From Moniliella sp. 'wahieum' (taxonomy: Eukaryota): a DNA stretch of 64,000 nucleotides. The translations under genes were made by a program, and so were the position numbers. The first letter of the stretch is position 1, and each line of letters begins with the position of its first letter. The notes beneath the pieces are model-generated. The model saw only the letters and a list, made by a program, of their open reading frames with translations, did no database searches and was not told the DNA's origin. Location: the NCBI GenBank assembly GCA_003971905.1, contig RSEE01000030.1, positions 372,001 through 436,000 of the forward strand, read 5' to 3'. Below are positions 40,319 to 55,577 of this stretch, piece by piece.

Positions 40319-41203
40319 CCCCGCACGTTTAATAAACTCGTGCTTCTTATCGCGTACCACGCCGCGCGATGATCGGTATCGGTGACGCGGATGATGCATG
40401 ATGAGATCGATGACGGATGGCCGATGTCATCCCTGCGAGCTGTTGCATAGCTGAGATACCTGTGCGACATCAATGGGAGCATTCGTAGGCTGTCCCCCTG
40501 CTGCCCTAGCGCTTCGTCACTGCCCTGCCCTGCCTCCTCCTGGCTGCGCAACTTTCTTTGGCTCCGCTCTCTTCGCTTCCTGTTGGCTTCTCCCAACCAC
40601 CTCAGCTGCTCCTGTATGTTTCATAGCTTCATCCCCCTGTGTAGTCGAGAGGACGGCTCCGTCTCTCCCTACTCATGGTACTGAGTACTCACTGAGTCCC
40701 GCTCATCGGCCAACCAGTTAATTAACAGCCCGAGCACCTGACCCCCACTGCTGCGGGTGTGAGCTGTTGGAAGCGCGGAAATGCACATCATTCTTTTTTC
40801 GTTTTCATACTTCTCTTCCAACAATCTCTCTTAGTCATTGTGGAAAAAGGCGCAACTGCCAAGATCGTATGTCTCTGTCCGCGCGCCTAGGCATGTCTTG
40901 GCCAGCAATAAAACCTGGCGAGGCTGCAATTGCGCCCAGGCTGAGCGAAACAAGTGCCCGGAGTGATCAGCTAGTGATCTCGAAGCAGCCCTGGAATCAA
41001 GTTCGGCCTGCTTGACCACTGATCTAAAAGCAATGCGCCAAAGAGAGTCTTCATTCGATCTAGCTATGTTCGATAGAACGGATGACACCATTGCCCCTAC
41101 AGAGTGCCGTGTGCATTATTACTAGGATATAAAATGATGAGAGTACAGCGAAGCATCGTGTTGGAGCTTTGGGGGTCCGTAAACGCGGATTATGGGGGCG
41201 AAA

Positions 41204-43055
<1,852 letters not shown>

Positions 43056-46000
43056 ACTTGGTACAGGGCTTCAGGGAGAGAGGAGTCCTGAGTCGCGTGG
43101 AAAGGCGGGGGTGGTACTGTAACTCCTGGTGAAGATGGGGTGGCGAGGTGGTGGAGGGAAGCGGAGAGAAAAACAAGGAAACGATGAGGGGAGGGGGCTA
43201 AAGGGTTGCTGAGGATGGACAGGGCTGTCCTGGCTTGCTTATGGGGCGCCGTATCGGCAGCTTACACGCTTACGCATCTGGAGTGACTAGTCACAATGAC
43301 TAGAGTGAGCGAGCGCTGAGCGAGCACCGCTCCAACCCGAAACAGAAATCGGCATTGGGGACCTGAATCGTTTGAGGCCATCTGGGCGAAGACGGGCACG
43401 GGGGAGGTGGGCCGCATCTGGCGGGACCAGCAAGGCCGCGGGGCACTGCTCTGCACGGGACCTGTCTTCCCCGGCCACCCCAGCTTCTGGATATCAATGT
43501 CCGGTGACCGCTGACCGGTGACCTCATCGAAGCAGTGCTGCCGCTACTTGTCATCATGCATCATGCATCATGTTTCCCGCGGGGGGAACACCCTGCGTAG
43601 CGGGCAGCAGCAGGCATGCCGCCTGTGTTCGGCCATGCCAGTCCAGACCCTTGGGGCCACGGTGCAGGTGTGACACATCCGCTCTGCGCCCGGCACTCCC
43701 CCCTGCGTGTTGAAGCACTGGCCGCAGACGGATTGGGAATTGTGACTCCGGAGGATTTGAGAACGTCATCGTGGCAGCTGCAGACTGCGGGGGGTGGCGC
43801 TTGTGCGCATCGCGCAAGATCAATTCACTCAAACTGCCTCATCGATCATCGTCATCGATCAGCGGTCACTCATCGATCTCATCTCGGACCAGGCCAGTTC
43901 TAGTTCAGTGTTCAGCTGTTCAGCTCTCCCCTTGGCCTTAGGCTTAGGCTGCCTTATCGATGAGATCAACGATCGATGACTGTCTTTGTCTGAGATCTGA
44001 CGATGTTGTGACGATGCCGCCGGGTAGCTTCAAGTGCATCATGCATCGAGGTCATCAGCTCTCAGCGAGTGTGCTCAGCATGGCCCACCAGGCCCCAGGG
44101 CCCACCTAGTCCCCTGCTGGTCTGCTCACATGTCACACATGTCACACCGGTCCGACTCGTGCGCCTCTCGCTACAGGCCCGTGTCTCCACATGGACACGT
44201 CTCCGTTTTCTGTCGTCGGAAGGTCTGAGATCTGGTGCGTTAACCTACCAGCAACTAGTAACCGGCAACTGGTCAGCCCGTGACATCATTGATCATCATC
44301 ATCCATCATTAATCATTCAGAGAGAAGAATGCCCCCACGGTGTTACTTGTTAAACAGGTTAGCCTGGTATACCTTCCTTTTTCTTTTCATCAGTACTAAA
44401 ACAATACCCCTCTCCTAGCACTACACTATTATGATCATTGTCGGTAAGCGAGTGACCAGTGCCCTCTGTGAACGTTGAACGAACGTTGTTTTGAACGTTT
44501 TGAGAGAACCAACTCATGATTCATTCAGCATGGTCCCTGCTGTTGCACGATAGATGAATGTCGATGATGATGCATGATGCCATACTCGGTTCAGAGTCGG
44601 TACTCCCGGAGCTCAGGCCCTTCAAGCATGAATCTTTTGAAGTTTAAGTAAACTCAATGTAAGCTTGCCACGTAAAGCCACCTGGGACCATTTTCGCCAC
44701 AGAAGAGGTTTAGCCCCCCCACACCCGCCCAGAACAGTGGTTCAAATTGACGGCGACCTCCGATCACCGTCGGCCTCCTGAAATAAGGCCTCTCATCAGT
44801 ACTCAGTGCATCCGATCTCGCTTCTCACCGATTTCCCTCACTGGCTTCACCACATCCCCGATCCCGACGGGCCGTGTGTGGAGGTTGAACTTCAAACTTC
44901 AACGTTGAACGTCGTGAGACGTTGAGCTCGTTGAGAAGGCTTGTAAAATGTAAAAGGCCACTTGAGTTTTCGCGGACATTTTCTAAGGCCTAAACGTACT
45001 AAGTTTTTAAGCCACAGAGAAGACTGAGATCTGAGACTGATTAAGTGGACCGGGGAGGGTACCTAGAAAGGTCGTTGCTGACGCAAATTTGCGTGCGAGC
45101 TTTTGCTTCAGACTTCGTCAGTGGTGTGGGTCCTCTTCCGTTAATATTCATCCGCACACTATCGTTGGACGTTGGACGTTTGCCTGCCACCACCGTTGGG
45201 GCCACGAGCCCATGCAGGGCCTCGTTCCTCCCCAGCAATTCAAATCTGGGGGTGGAAGTTATGTCCATCTTCTGTGAGCCGTTGGGACTGTCAAAACTAT
45301 AGTAACTGGTGCCCCACCATTGGAAGACGTCCTGATGGGGCTATTGTTGTATCCGAGCCCAGGTCTCTAAAGCGCGTGAGCCTGACAGGCTAATGACTCT
45401 CCAATACGGGGCGCAATCATACTGTGTATAACATACTGTGTATAATATTCAGTGTTGTCGTGGTGGTCGTAACCATGTAACCGGTAAACCCACAAGCAGG
45501 AACCCCCTAGAGGGATATCGGCACGGGTCGTGGGCCGTCTGGCTGATGAATAATAGATGGCTAAACAAAGTGAGAAAATTGGATCTCTGTCATAAGTATG
45601 TAGATCGGGGAGAGATGAGTGAAGCTTGTGATGTGCGCGACTGCATATATGAAGCTTGAAGCTTGAAGCTGAAGAAGGAGGGGGAACTAACGTTACGTTT
45701 TTTACGAAGAAGCTTTAGGAGAGAGGGTGCGAAAAGAGAGATAAAAACTTTGGTTTTTTGGGGCTTTGGGTTTTCAAAACTCTCTAGGAGAGGGCTAGGT
45801 CGCACAGCACTAATGAGCCGCTCAAGTGTTCAAGCTATATGGGAGCCCATCTTGGACCTGAGCGATGAGAGCCTGGGTCGGCTGAGCGCTTTATAGCAGC
45901 TGATCCGATGGATATGTTGTTGGTCGAACTAACAAGCCTAAAATGTATGTAGGTAGTATGGTACATAACAACGTGTAGGCATGTACAGTGTTCCTAACCA

Positions 46001-46593
46001 GACGTCAAACCAGGCGTCAAAAAGTGTTAATCATCTCAATGCAGTAGCAGTGTGGTGGGGGTGACATGTTCCGTTTGCGGATGCGGTGATACTGAGACAT
46101 GTCTCAGCGAACGCGAGGAACAGTAATAAAAAAGCGAAGTGCGTTATAATACTCCCGAGAATACGTACCAAGTTCTCTGCAGCACCTACCAATGCTCATC
46201 GACATCAGCATCTTAGCGTGTGCGCTTAGGGGTATAGGTGGGCGTAGCACTTGCTGGCACCGCTGCGACGTCGATTAGCTTGTTCAAAGAGACTGTGGGG
46301 CAGTGGAGTGAGTAGGTGACTGTGGCGGGAACACGTGGTCACACTGCGGTCACCGGAGCAATCACCGGTCACCGGTCACTAGGTCACTGTGGAAGTTGTC
46401 CGTTGCAGGTTGTTCCTAGTGTTATTCCTTTCTTCCAGAGAGAGAGTAAATACCCCCCATGGTTCGTACACGGCGCCAGAGTTCAAGCTTAAGCTTTAAG
46501 CTTCAAGAGACAGTGTCCGTGTATTGTAATAAGGACACCATTACAGTACAGGGACACGAGAAAAAACGTCACAGCAGAAGCGACTCAAGAGCC

Positions 46594-47160
46594 TCAATGG
46601 AGGTGGATGGCCGCAATGAGGTCGAGCACTGCGCTCTTGAGTGCCCTTGACCTTGATTGCTTGACTCTCGTTACGTTGTCCATTCTTGATAGCTCCTGTA
46701 TGTGTGTGGCCCTTGTACCCCCTGTCCTTTCCCTAGTGCCAGGATGCCGTCTTTTCATCTTCATCTTCGTATCAACATCCTCTTTAAGTGCTGCAAAGAA
46801 CTTCCATCTGCTGCGCTTTCTCTTCTCGACTTTCAAGTCGTAGACAAGGGCGTGGAGGTGTTCTTGTATACTACGGGGCGGTGCAATCGATTGGTGCTTT
46901 TCATCTATCCGGTTTCCATATACAGACTTGTTTGCGGGCGCTGCTCTCCCTTCAGCCTTCAGCTTCAGCTCCGACCTGTTCAACAAGTTGGCATACGCCA
47001 CACGGCCTCATCTTCGGCTTGAGTCCCACTAACGCGACTGATTGATCTCCTCTACGTGATTTCTCAAAGAGCTGCGCCAAGATTACTGGCAATGTTGGCC
47101 TCACCACACAGCCGCCTTGAGCCAAGGCCCGGAGCGTACAAGAAAGAGAGTAGGCATAGA
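46594..47160 (-). CDS. Possible small basic orphan protein
   Basis: 135-aa K/R-rich ORF 46594-47001, with a hydrophobic upstream fragment in another frame. No homology recognised. Confidence 0.25.
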
Positions 47161-47205
47161 TGATTCCGGCATGCGAAGACAGCAATAGTAAAATCCGCCT
47201 CGCGC

Positions 47206-48954
47206 TTACGGCTCCAGACGCTTGGGGTCACGGGGGAACATGGAGGCAAGACGGATGTTGCCAAGGCCGAGGTAGAACTCAACGACACGCTCCAGTCCAA
47301 TACCACCACCGGCATGGGGCGGAGCGCCAAGCTTGAAGGCATCCACGTAAGGCTGGAGCGACTCGGGGGGAACGCCCAGTTCCTTCATGCGACTGACGAG
47401 TAGATCCGCGTCGTGGATACGTTGGGCACCCGACAAAACCTCCTGTCCGCGCATAAACATGTCGAAGGAGTTGGAGTAGCGAGGGTCGGCTGCGTTGGGC
47501 ATGGTGTAGAAAGGACGAACGGCGGAAGGGAACTGGTCCAAAACGTAGAAGTCGGTCTGGTATTTTTCCCGGACCAACGCACCGAGCTTCTTTTCGGTGG
47601 CGTGTCCAAGTCCTCAAAGTCCGGCCATCAATACCGTTCTCCCGCAGCAGCTTGATGCCGTCAGCCCAGTGGAGGATGACAGGCTTCTCCGGGACGAGGA
47701 ACTCTTCCACGGGGTACTGACGCTTGACAATGTCAATCTGCTTGGCGTAGCGCTTAGGCAGCTCGAGGAAGATGTGGTGGAAAAGACCAGCAATGAGCTC
47801 GAGCGCCTCATGGTAATGTTCCTTGAAAGCCATCTCGAGATCCAGACCAATAAACTCAGTCAGATGGCGCGCTGTATTCGAGTTCTCGGCACGGAAAACA
47901 GGGCCAATCTCGTAGACACGGTCAAAGTCAGCAGCAATGGCCATCTGCTTGCCCAGCTGCGGGGACTGGGCCAGGAAAGCTTTGCCGTTGAAGTACTTAA
48001 CCTCAAACACGGTCGCTCCGACTCTGTCGCACCACCTTGGAGCTTGGCTGTGTGAATTTCAACAAAGTTCTCGTTGGTCAAGTACTCGCGGAAGAGGTTG
48101 CCAACAGCCGCCTGCACCTGGAAGATGGCCTGGTTGGTGGGGGTACGCAGGTCCAACACACGGTTGTCAAGGCGCGTGTCCAGACCAATGATGGGCATGG
48201 GCTGAGCCGTCGACTGCGACGCCTGCACCTCGGCGTCAGAACGAGTCGCATCCTGCACCGAGAATTTTTGTTCCAGCGTAGGGATGACCTTGGTCATCGA
48301 ATGGATCTGCTCGATCTTGATTTCGGCATCCTTGACCGTAATAGCGGCCGAGCTGATAGGCGTGTTGACCTTGTTCACCACACCCTGAACAATGACAAGC
48401 GTCTCGTTGGGCAGACTGCAGGCCCACTTGATCATCTTGCGCGAAACCTTCTCGGGCGTCTCCGCGAGGACAGCCTGGGCAACATCCAGGCGGTCACGAA
48501 GGACCAGGAACCCGAGCTTGGCACTGGTCAGACGCGCTGACTGGACACGCACCTGGAGGTGTACGCGCTGGCCATCCTTGCTGGCGTCGATCTCGTGCAG
48601 TTGGCCCACTGGAGACGGGGGCGCTCTTGGGATTGGTTGAGCGGGGCTTGGCCGTAGTACTGCGACGCAAAGTCGGCCTCGTTCTCACGGGCAGCCTTCT
48701 CAGCAGCCAGTTTGGCGGCGCGCTCTTCCTTCTGGCGCTGCTTCTCAGCCTTCTCGGCACGCTTGCGCTTCTGCTTGTCAGAGAGGGGGGTGCCATCGGG
48801 GCTGGATTGCAAGTGGTAGGGGGGTTAGCATGAGCGAGGCATGGCGATGGAAGGGACACACTTGACCTCCTCGCCGGCGGCGGGAGCAGCAGCGGGAGCA
48901 GCAGCGGCAGGCTGCTCGGCGGCAGGGACGGTGGGCTTAATTTCCATCGGCCAT
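47206..48954 (-). CDS. DPS1: Cytoplasmic aspartyl-tRNA synthetase; one intron near 48860-48807
   Basis: Motifs [83 protein letters not shown] and [23 protein letters not shown]. Confidence 0.97.
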
Positions 48955-49678
48955 GGTTGTGTGTTGCAGAGAGAAAGGAAGCGCAAGTGCTCTAATGCGC
49001 GTCAGGCCAGGCAAAAAGATACAGGGCGGAACTGGCGATGACTCGATCCAATTTGAATCTTCGCAGCGCACGGACTCACACCCACGCACTGGCGCCGTGC
49101 CTGCGGGGCCCATGGAGGCGGAACCATCGGCAGGGGCAAGCTCCAGGATCTAAGAAAGCTGATACGCCGCGAGAGCCACACGAATCAGCAGGCAAGCATC
49201 AGCACAGTGACCAGATCAGCAATTTGGTTCTTCTGAGCAAGCACCGACGCAGTTGCGTTGAGCGCTCGCTGAAGGGGAGCGTATCAGGCTGGCCTTCCGC
49301 CCCAAATGGAGCCGCAAGGACTAAGCGCGAGCCCTTGATGGCGTCCCGCATCGGGTCTGGAATAGCTGGAAAGCCCCCTGGGCAAACGCTTCTCGCTGCT
49401 CGCCATGCCCGCTGCGTCCATCCGCACTCCCTCGGGCCATGCATCCGATTGGACACGGCGACGGGTGCGCTGCTGGCGATGCCACCAGCCATTCAATGGG
49501 TCTGCCCAGCGATCATCCAACGCAGGAGGACGTGGCAGGGAGACGGCGATGCCCATTACGTAACCCCGTGCTCCCCCGTGCCAGTGCCTCCCAATTCAAG
49601 GGGTTGCGGGCTTCTGGCGAGAAGCAGCGGTCGCAGCCAGCCGAGGTGCGCAGACGCCACCACCACAGGATCGCCGCC

Positions 49679-51200
49679 ATGTCTGCTGCTGCCGCTGCTG
49701 CTGCGCCTGGCCCCGGCCAGTTCATTGGCCAGTGGATCTCGCTCACCAGCAAGTCTGAGCACCGCTACAAGGGCCTCCTCGCCGCCATCAACCCCACCGA
49801 TGCCACCATCTCTCTCGAGAAAGTCCGCAGCTACGGCACCGAGGGCCGCCTCGCTGCCAAGGGCCGTCCCGCCGAGGAGTTGCCGCCCAACGACAGGGCC
49901 TTTGACCTTGTGGTATTCCGTGCTTCCGACGTACAGGACCTTAAGATCGAAGATCCCTCTCCGGCACCCCAGCCCGCCATGCCTTTGACTGACCCGCCAT
50001 CCTCAACGTGCGTGTTCGCCTCCTCCGCCGTCTCTCCTCTCCTCTTGTCTCTCGGTACATGCAGAGTGTTAACCCTGGTTTTCGTATGACCTTACAGCAG
50101 AGCGGTGGCCCACTCCCGCCCGCCCGGGATCATGGGGGGTTCCGCCACCGGCTGGTGCTCCCGGGCCGTTCCCCGGGTACGAAGCGCCTTATGGCTTCCC
50201 CCTCCGCCTGGGTTTGGAGCGCCAGGTGGGTTCAATGCATTTGTGCCTTGGGGTCCACCCCCGGGGCCATATGGAATGCCCCCTCCCGGCCAATCGTTCA
50301 TGTCGCCCCAAGCGCCGGCCCAGCCTCCCGCTGCAGCCCCGCCAACGGACCCGCAGCCGGTGTCGGGCGCTCCCAAGCCAACCAGCTCGGTGCCGGCACC
50401 AGCACCAGCTCCAGTTCCAGCACCAGCACCAGCTCCAGTTCCAGTTCCAGCTCCAGCTGCAGCTCCAGAGACTGCTTCCACGCCCGTACCGCCGAAGCCT
50501 ACTGGACCTCAGGCTCCCGCCAAGGCTGGGCTTCCTAGCAAGCCTGCGACCCAGAGACCTGCCCTGTCGCTACTCCTGCTTTCAAGCCGCCTGAGAGCAC
50601 AACAAGTACCCAGGACGCCAAAGCACGCAATGCCGGCGCGGCGGCAGCGGACGAGTTGGTGAACGATTTGATGGGCCTGTCGGTGGCTCCTGCTCCGACT
50701 GCTGTACCGACCAAACCGACGGCGCCAGCCCCCGCGGCCCCGAGTGCCCCGCATGGCCTGCCGCCCGTTCCTCATGCAGCTACCGCGGCGGCTAGTTTGG
50801 CACGGCACGTTCCTGCCCCGCGGCGTGCGGCTGCGGCTCCCAAGCCCGACACGGACTTGACGACCGACTTGACTTTGAGAAGGCCAATGCCAAGTTCAGT
50901 AAGGACAAACTGGACGGGGAGGTGCCTGCGGCTCCCTCGGCGGTGCTCACCTCCATCCCAGTGGCGGAGGAGAAGCATTCGTTCTATGATAAAAAGAGCG
51001 GCTTTTTTGATGACATTTCGTCCGAGATCAAGGAGCGCCATGCGGCGCCTGAAGACCGTCGCGGATTCCGCCAGCAGGAGGCAGCCCGGAACATGGCACC
51101 TTTGGTGATGCGGGGCATGCGCATGGCTATGGCCGGGGACGGGGGCGTGGAAGGGGCCGTGGTCGTGGCCGTGGGGGGGGCGCGGGCCTCGCGGGGCTGA
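49679..51200 (+). CDS. SCD6: Scd6/Lsm14/RAP55 mRNA decay and translation repressor; intron ~50008-50097
   Basis: LSm14 domain FIGQWISLTSKSEHRYKGLL..VRSYGTEGR..VVFRASDVQDLKI, FDF motif (DFEKANAKFSK), FFD box YDKKSGFFDDISSE, TFG box and RGG tail. Confidence 0.93.
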
Positions 51201-51743
51201 TGACGCATTTGGTGCTTACCCTGCTCAGCCCGGTGCGTGAAGTGAGGGGATTCCAAATGATCTCTCCATTGCGTTGCGTCCTTGAAACTGGATTTCAGGT
51301 TCGCCCCCTCTCCATTCCGCCTTTCGCTGTGCCTCCTTTACAATGTTCTGTCCCGACCCCCCCCCCCCACCTCTCACCCCTCCTCTCAGCTTCGTATGAA
51401 TGCACGCTCCGTCCCATTTCTGCTCTATGGATTGCTTTTTTTGGTTCGCTCGTCTATGTGCTCGCCAAGAAGGGGTTAAGCCAGTCGGAAACGAATGGAT
51501 TCTACCTCTTGGCTTGGCACGTGAATGAATCCTTCAACCGCCTCATCCAAAACAATGGACAAGCAGTGTAGGCCCTATCAACGCACGCGCCGATGGAGGC
51601 ATGCATAGATGATCCAAGGAAATGATGTAAAACGATAATGCGGCCAGTGGAAGTGTGCGAGAAGAGAGGGAGCGGGAGGGAAAAAACATTGCCTCTCTCC
51701 GCCCCACCAAAAGAAGGGAACCCCCCACGGCAGGGGAGCGGAC

Positions 51744-54480
51744 TTAGGACCGCTTGAAGAATTTCTTGATCTTTTGCCTTTCCTTTTCTCGTCGTGATAT
51801 GCTGGACGACCCCGAGTAGTCCGACTGGACCGAACCCGGCGTGCTGGGATGCGCCCCGAGGGCCCCCTGGCAACATTTGCGGGTGAAGACCTGCGCCGTG
51901 CATAGTGTGCGAAGCAGGGGCCATGTAGCCTTGGTGAGACATCGAAACAGTCGAAGGGGATGGACTGGGCAGAGGGGACAGGCGAGGGCTCCTACCACCG
52001 GGTGGGTTGAACATGGGGGACGAAGCGGGCGCAGGGCGCGGCGCAGATGGGGGTGACGGGCAGAAGGAGAGGCCGAGGCAACAGGTTGCAGGGCGCTTGA
52101 GCCAAACGCCCCCCCGTCCTCCCCCTCCACGCGGACCATCAAGGGGTTTCGCCAACGTCCGCAGCTGGTCGACAAAGGCAGAGGGTGTCCAGATCGAATC
52201 AGAGGCAATGTACATGTCCCGATGGTTTCCTCTCCAATTTGGTAGATTGCCCGCATCTCTGAATAGGTCATGCCCCCTACCACGTAGCACAAGATACGCT
52301 GCTGCGTACTTTCCCCCCCGCCATGGCTGTTAGCTCCTGACGCCTGCCTCGCGCCCGACTGCCGGGCCGTGGGCGCGACGAGTTGGTTCGCCCATTTGCC
52401 CACGTGGGTCGCTGGCTGCGGAGCGACGTGGCTTGTCCCCCAGCGGAGGCCTTTGTGGGGCCCTGGAGGAGGACACTGAGTTCATCCCCAGGTTGGCTAG
52501 CATGGTGGATGTGGCGGATGCGTTGACAGAGTTGTCACCATGCCCCTCGACATAAGGGAAGGAGATCGTGTCGAGCTTGTTGGCCAAAAAGTCCTTGAGC
52601 ATATACTGCAGCAAGGGCTTGAAGCGAGATGTGTCGTACTCACCGGGCACATACTCTTGATCTCGCTTCCACCCCCGCGCCCGACTTGGACAAAAAGGTG
52701 GTAAACGCCGCCAAAGCCCGCTCAGCCGAGGAGTGGGAGTTGGTCTGACGCACGACCTTGCTCCCCAAGAACGTCATGTTGTTGATCGCTTCCATCTCCG
52801 AGAGACCCAATCGAGCATGCTGAAAGAGACGTTTCCGGTCCTCATCGACAACGCCATCGGAAAATTGGAGAATATAGAGAGCAATGATGCGGACCTTGTC
52901 ATCGTTGGAGATTTTAGGATCATCCAGTAAGCCCACCATGTCCACAATAATGTCCTTGGGCTTAGATCCGTCAGGAGCCAGGCCTGTGGCGCAACACTGC
53001 TCCACCTGAGACTGCTGGGCAGCTTGGAGTTTTGGAAGATGTCCATGCACTGCTGGGCCAGGGTAAGGTGAAGACTAAGTCGTTCCTTGGTCTCCTGCAT
53101 TTGTGGCAGATTGGCCACATGTCGCATGTCGTTCAAGCTCTTGCCCGTCTGATACTTGCCCGCCTTGCCCATATGCTCCTCAAACTCTGAACTAAGCTTT
53201 TGCGAAGCCACGGCAATGTGCAAATGACGATGTCCGTCCAGACCGAATCGGAATCGTTGAGCACCGCATCTTTCTCCTCGTCTGGCCGGCACCGTTCTTA
53301 AATCGGTAGTGGTAGTTCACCCCGTCACGGATGGGGAGGAGGTCATTGAGCATGGCCTGGTAAGTAAACTCGTGCACCAGAGGCGCCCGCACGTCCATGG
53401 TCCGGTCCGTAATGAAAAGCACACCGCGAGGGCGGTGAGGATCCATCTTAGGTTGATTTTCTTGGACGTAGGCATCGAGCGCCTGCGCTGCCCGGTCGGC
53501 CAGCAACTTGGTAAAGTGCACGCCGCCTGTACTGATACTCCTCCCGTGTCCCCGTTGCTCGAACCAACAGGTGGAATGGTGGGCTGGTCATTCAGCCGGT
53601 TACGCCCATTGGCGGAGTGACATGGGCTGAGGAGAAGCTCCACGGTGCGGGGTTCCGGCGTCGAGCCAGGAGCAGGTTGCAAGGACCCAGGGAGGGTGAG
53701 ACGGGGTTGTAGTACCGCACAATAGGGAATTCGTTGAGCATGACACACGTGTTAACGATTGAGTTGGTGGCGCGTTCCAGTCGGCTTCGAGCACCTTTCG
53801 CGCATGCTCGGTTTCCAGCTCATCCTGGGTGGGCTGGAACAGGGTGTGAAACACTTGTGGACGCCGAGCCGTCGTGACTTGGCCCTCGGTGGCTGGAAGT
53901 GACGGCGGGTCAGTATTGATCTGGCACCAGCACAAAGAACACATACCCCATACATCCAAGAAGAGCTCCACCAGGCCACGCAAGCGCGGGCCAGCAGCTG
54001 ACGACGCCAGCTGGTTGACCGTAGTTTGAGGTACCCCTAGGCGATGCAAGTTATGACTGAGGAGCGCAAGAACGGGGGGAGGTACGCACCATCAACAAAG
54101 AAGACGTGGCCACCGGGATAAACCTGGGGCCCTCCACCAAGCTGGGAAAGGTCCTCGATGATGCGGCGCACATTATGCTCGAAGGAGTGAGGATGTAGCA
54201 GGCCTCAAACTCATTGGGGTCGCGACGGCGTTCGATGAGTTCGTTCGATGTTGGTTGCGTTGAGGTGAAGAAGGTCGTCCAGTTTCATGCAGTTCTCGAT
54301 GAGCTTGAGGGTGTTTTCATCGAGGACGATGACTTTCCACTTGTTTGGAGGGCGCACCGATTCGACCGCCTGGATGATGCCTGGGGCAGAGGGCAAGCAC
54401 ACAGTCAGTGGGCCGCGGGCAGCAGCGTGGGCGAGTGTGCACGTACGGTCGCGCTGGATGTCGAGCAGGCTCTTGGTCAT
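51744..54480 (-). CDS. SEC1: Sec1/Munc18-family vesicle fusion regulator; several short introns, first 54446-54381
   Basis: Motifs WKVIVLDENTLKLI, LFITDRTMDVRAPLVHEFTYQAMLNDLL, LSLHLTLAQQCM, EQCCATG, DKVRIIALYI, YDTSRFKPLL and ILCYVVGGMTYSEMRAIY. Confidence 0.93.
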
Positions 54481-55371
54481 GGTGGAGGCAGCGCCGGGGA
54501 TGGCGGGAGCAGACGCAGACGCAGACGCAGAACAGCCAGCAACCGCAGCGGCGATGGTGGCTGTGGAGCAAGGCAGGCGCCCCAGCCGGTGGATCGCTGG
54601 GCGGCGTGAATACCCCGGGGCCGCCTGCAGTCGCCCCACCCGAGGCCCACGCGCACCGCCCAGCACAGCCCCCCTGCTGGGCGCCACTTGGCGCCTCGCC
54701 ACGTCGACAGTCCAAATGCCCAGCCACCGCTGATTCGATCACATGACCTCGATTATCCCCTGCCATCTGGCGATCTGCCGAGCTAATCATGCTGGATCGA
54801 CCCATCCAATTTCATGTCCAGTCGGTGCGCGGCCTCATCGCCTCATCCGCCGCATCGCCCCCCTCCAACGTCGCACGTCGTCCTGCTCCACCTGAGGATC
54901 ATCGGCCACTCACAACAGCAGCACCACATTCTACCGCATCGTTGCTGCTTAACGGCCCAAGGCCTCAAAGGGATCCATTGTCGTCTCCCTGCAGCTGGCG
55001 GCTTTAAGAGGGGCGCAATCAACACACAGCCCATGGAGGCGCTCATCCCTACACTCGGTGGCCCACCGTCTCAAGAGAAAAAATACTGGTGAAGAAGTGA
55101 GGCCGTAGTGGCCGCCGGTGAGGGTCTTATAAAATGGCTAGAAAATGGCACAAAGCAACGATTGGCCTCCATCTTCGTTTGGCAGGGGCAGTCACTAATG
55201 AAGCTAGTAACCGGTGAGCCAAGAACGCGCTCCACATCCCTCAGGTCATCCCGACTCAGCCCAGGGCAGCCCATTGGAGCACTAGGCCATTGTTCAAGTG
55301 GGGCAGGCGGCGGAATAATAGCTGGGGCAAGGCGCGGCAGTGTAACCCTACTTCCAACCCTAGTTTTATGC

Positions 55372-55378
55372 TATAAAA
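55372..55378 (+). promoter_or_regulatory. TATA-like box upstream of RACK1
   Basis: TATAAAA about 200 nt upstream of the RACK1 ATG and ahead of a GTAAGA..GCTGAC..CAG 5'UTR intron candidate (55473-55567). Confidence 0.45.
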
Positions 55379-55577
55379 CTGCTGCGGATTTGCTCTTGCG
55401 TGGGGTTGGCTGGAGAAGCACAGGTCGAAGCTAGTTGGAGCAGCAACTCTTGGTTGACCCCATATCGAACCTGTAAGAACATCCCCTGGTTCCCTGCTGT
55501 GCTTGCGCTTGGCGATGGCCACGCAGTACTTGTGGCGATCGATGCGGATGCTGACTTTTACGCCCAGATTACCCAAC

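Noticed and set aside
43100..43800. CreA autoregulatory SYGGRG sites upstream of creA
   Set aside because: Several matches exist, but a degenerate 6-mer is expected often in GC-rich DNA. Not supportable without statistics.
55473..55567. snoRNA in the RACK1 5'UTR intron (yeast ASC1 hosts snR24/U24 in its intron)
   Set aside because: No RTGATGA C box is present. The only CTGA is part of the branch point, and the CDS has no intron.
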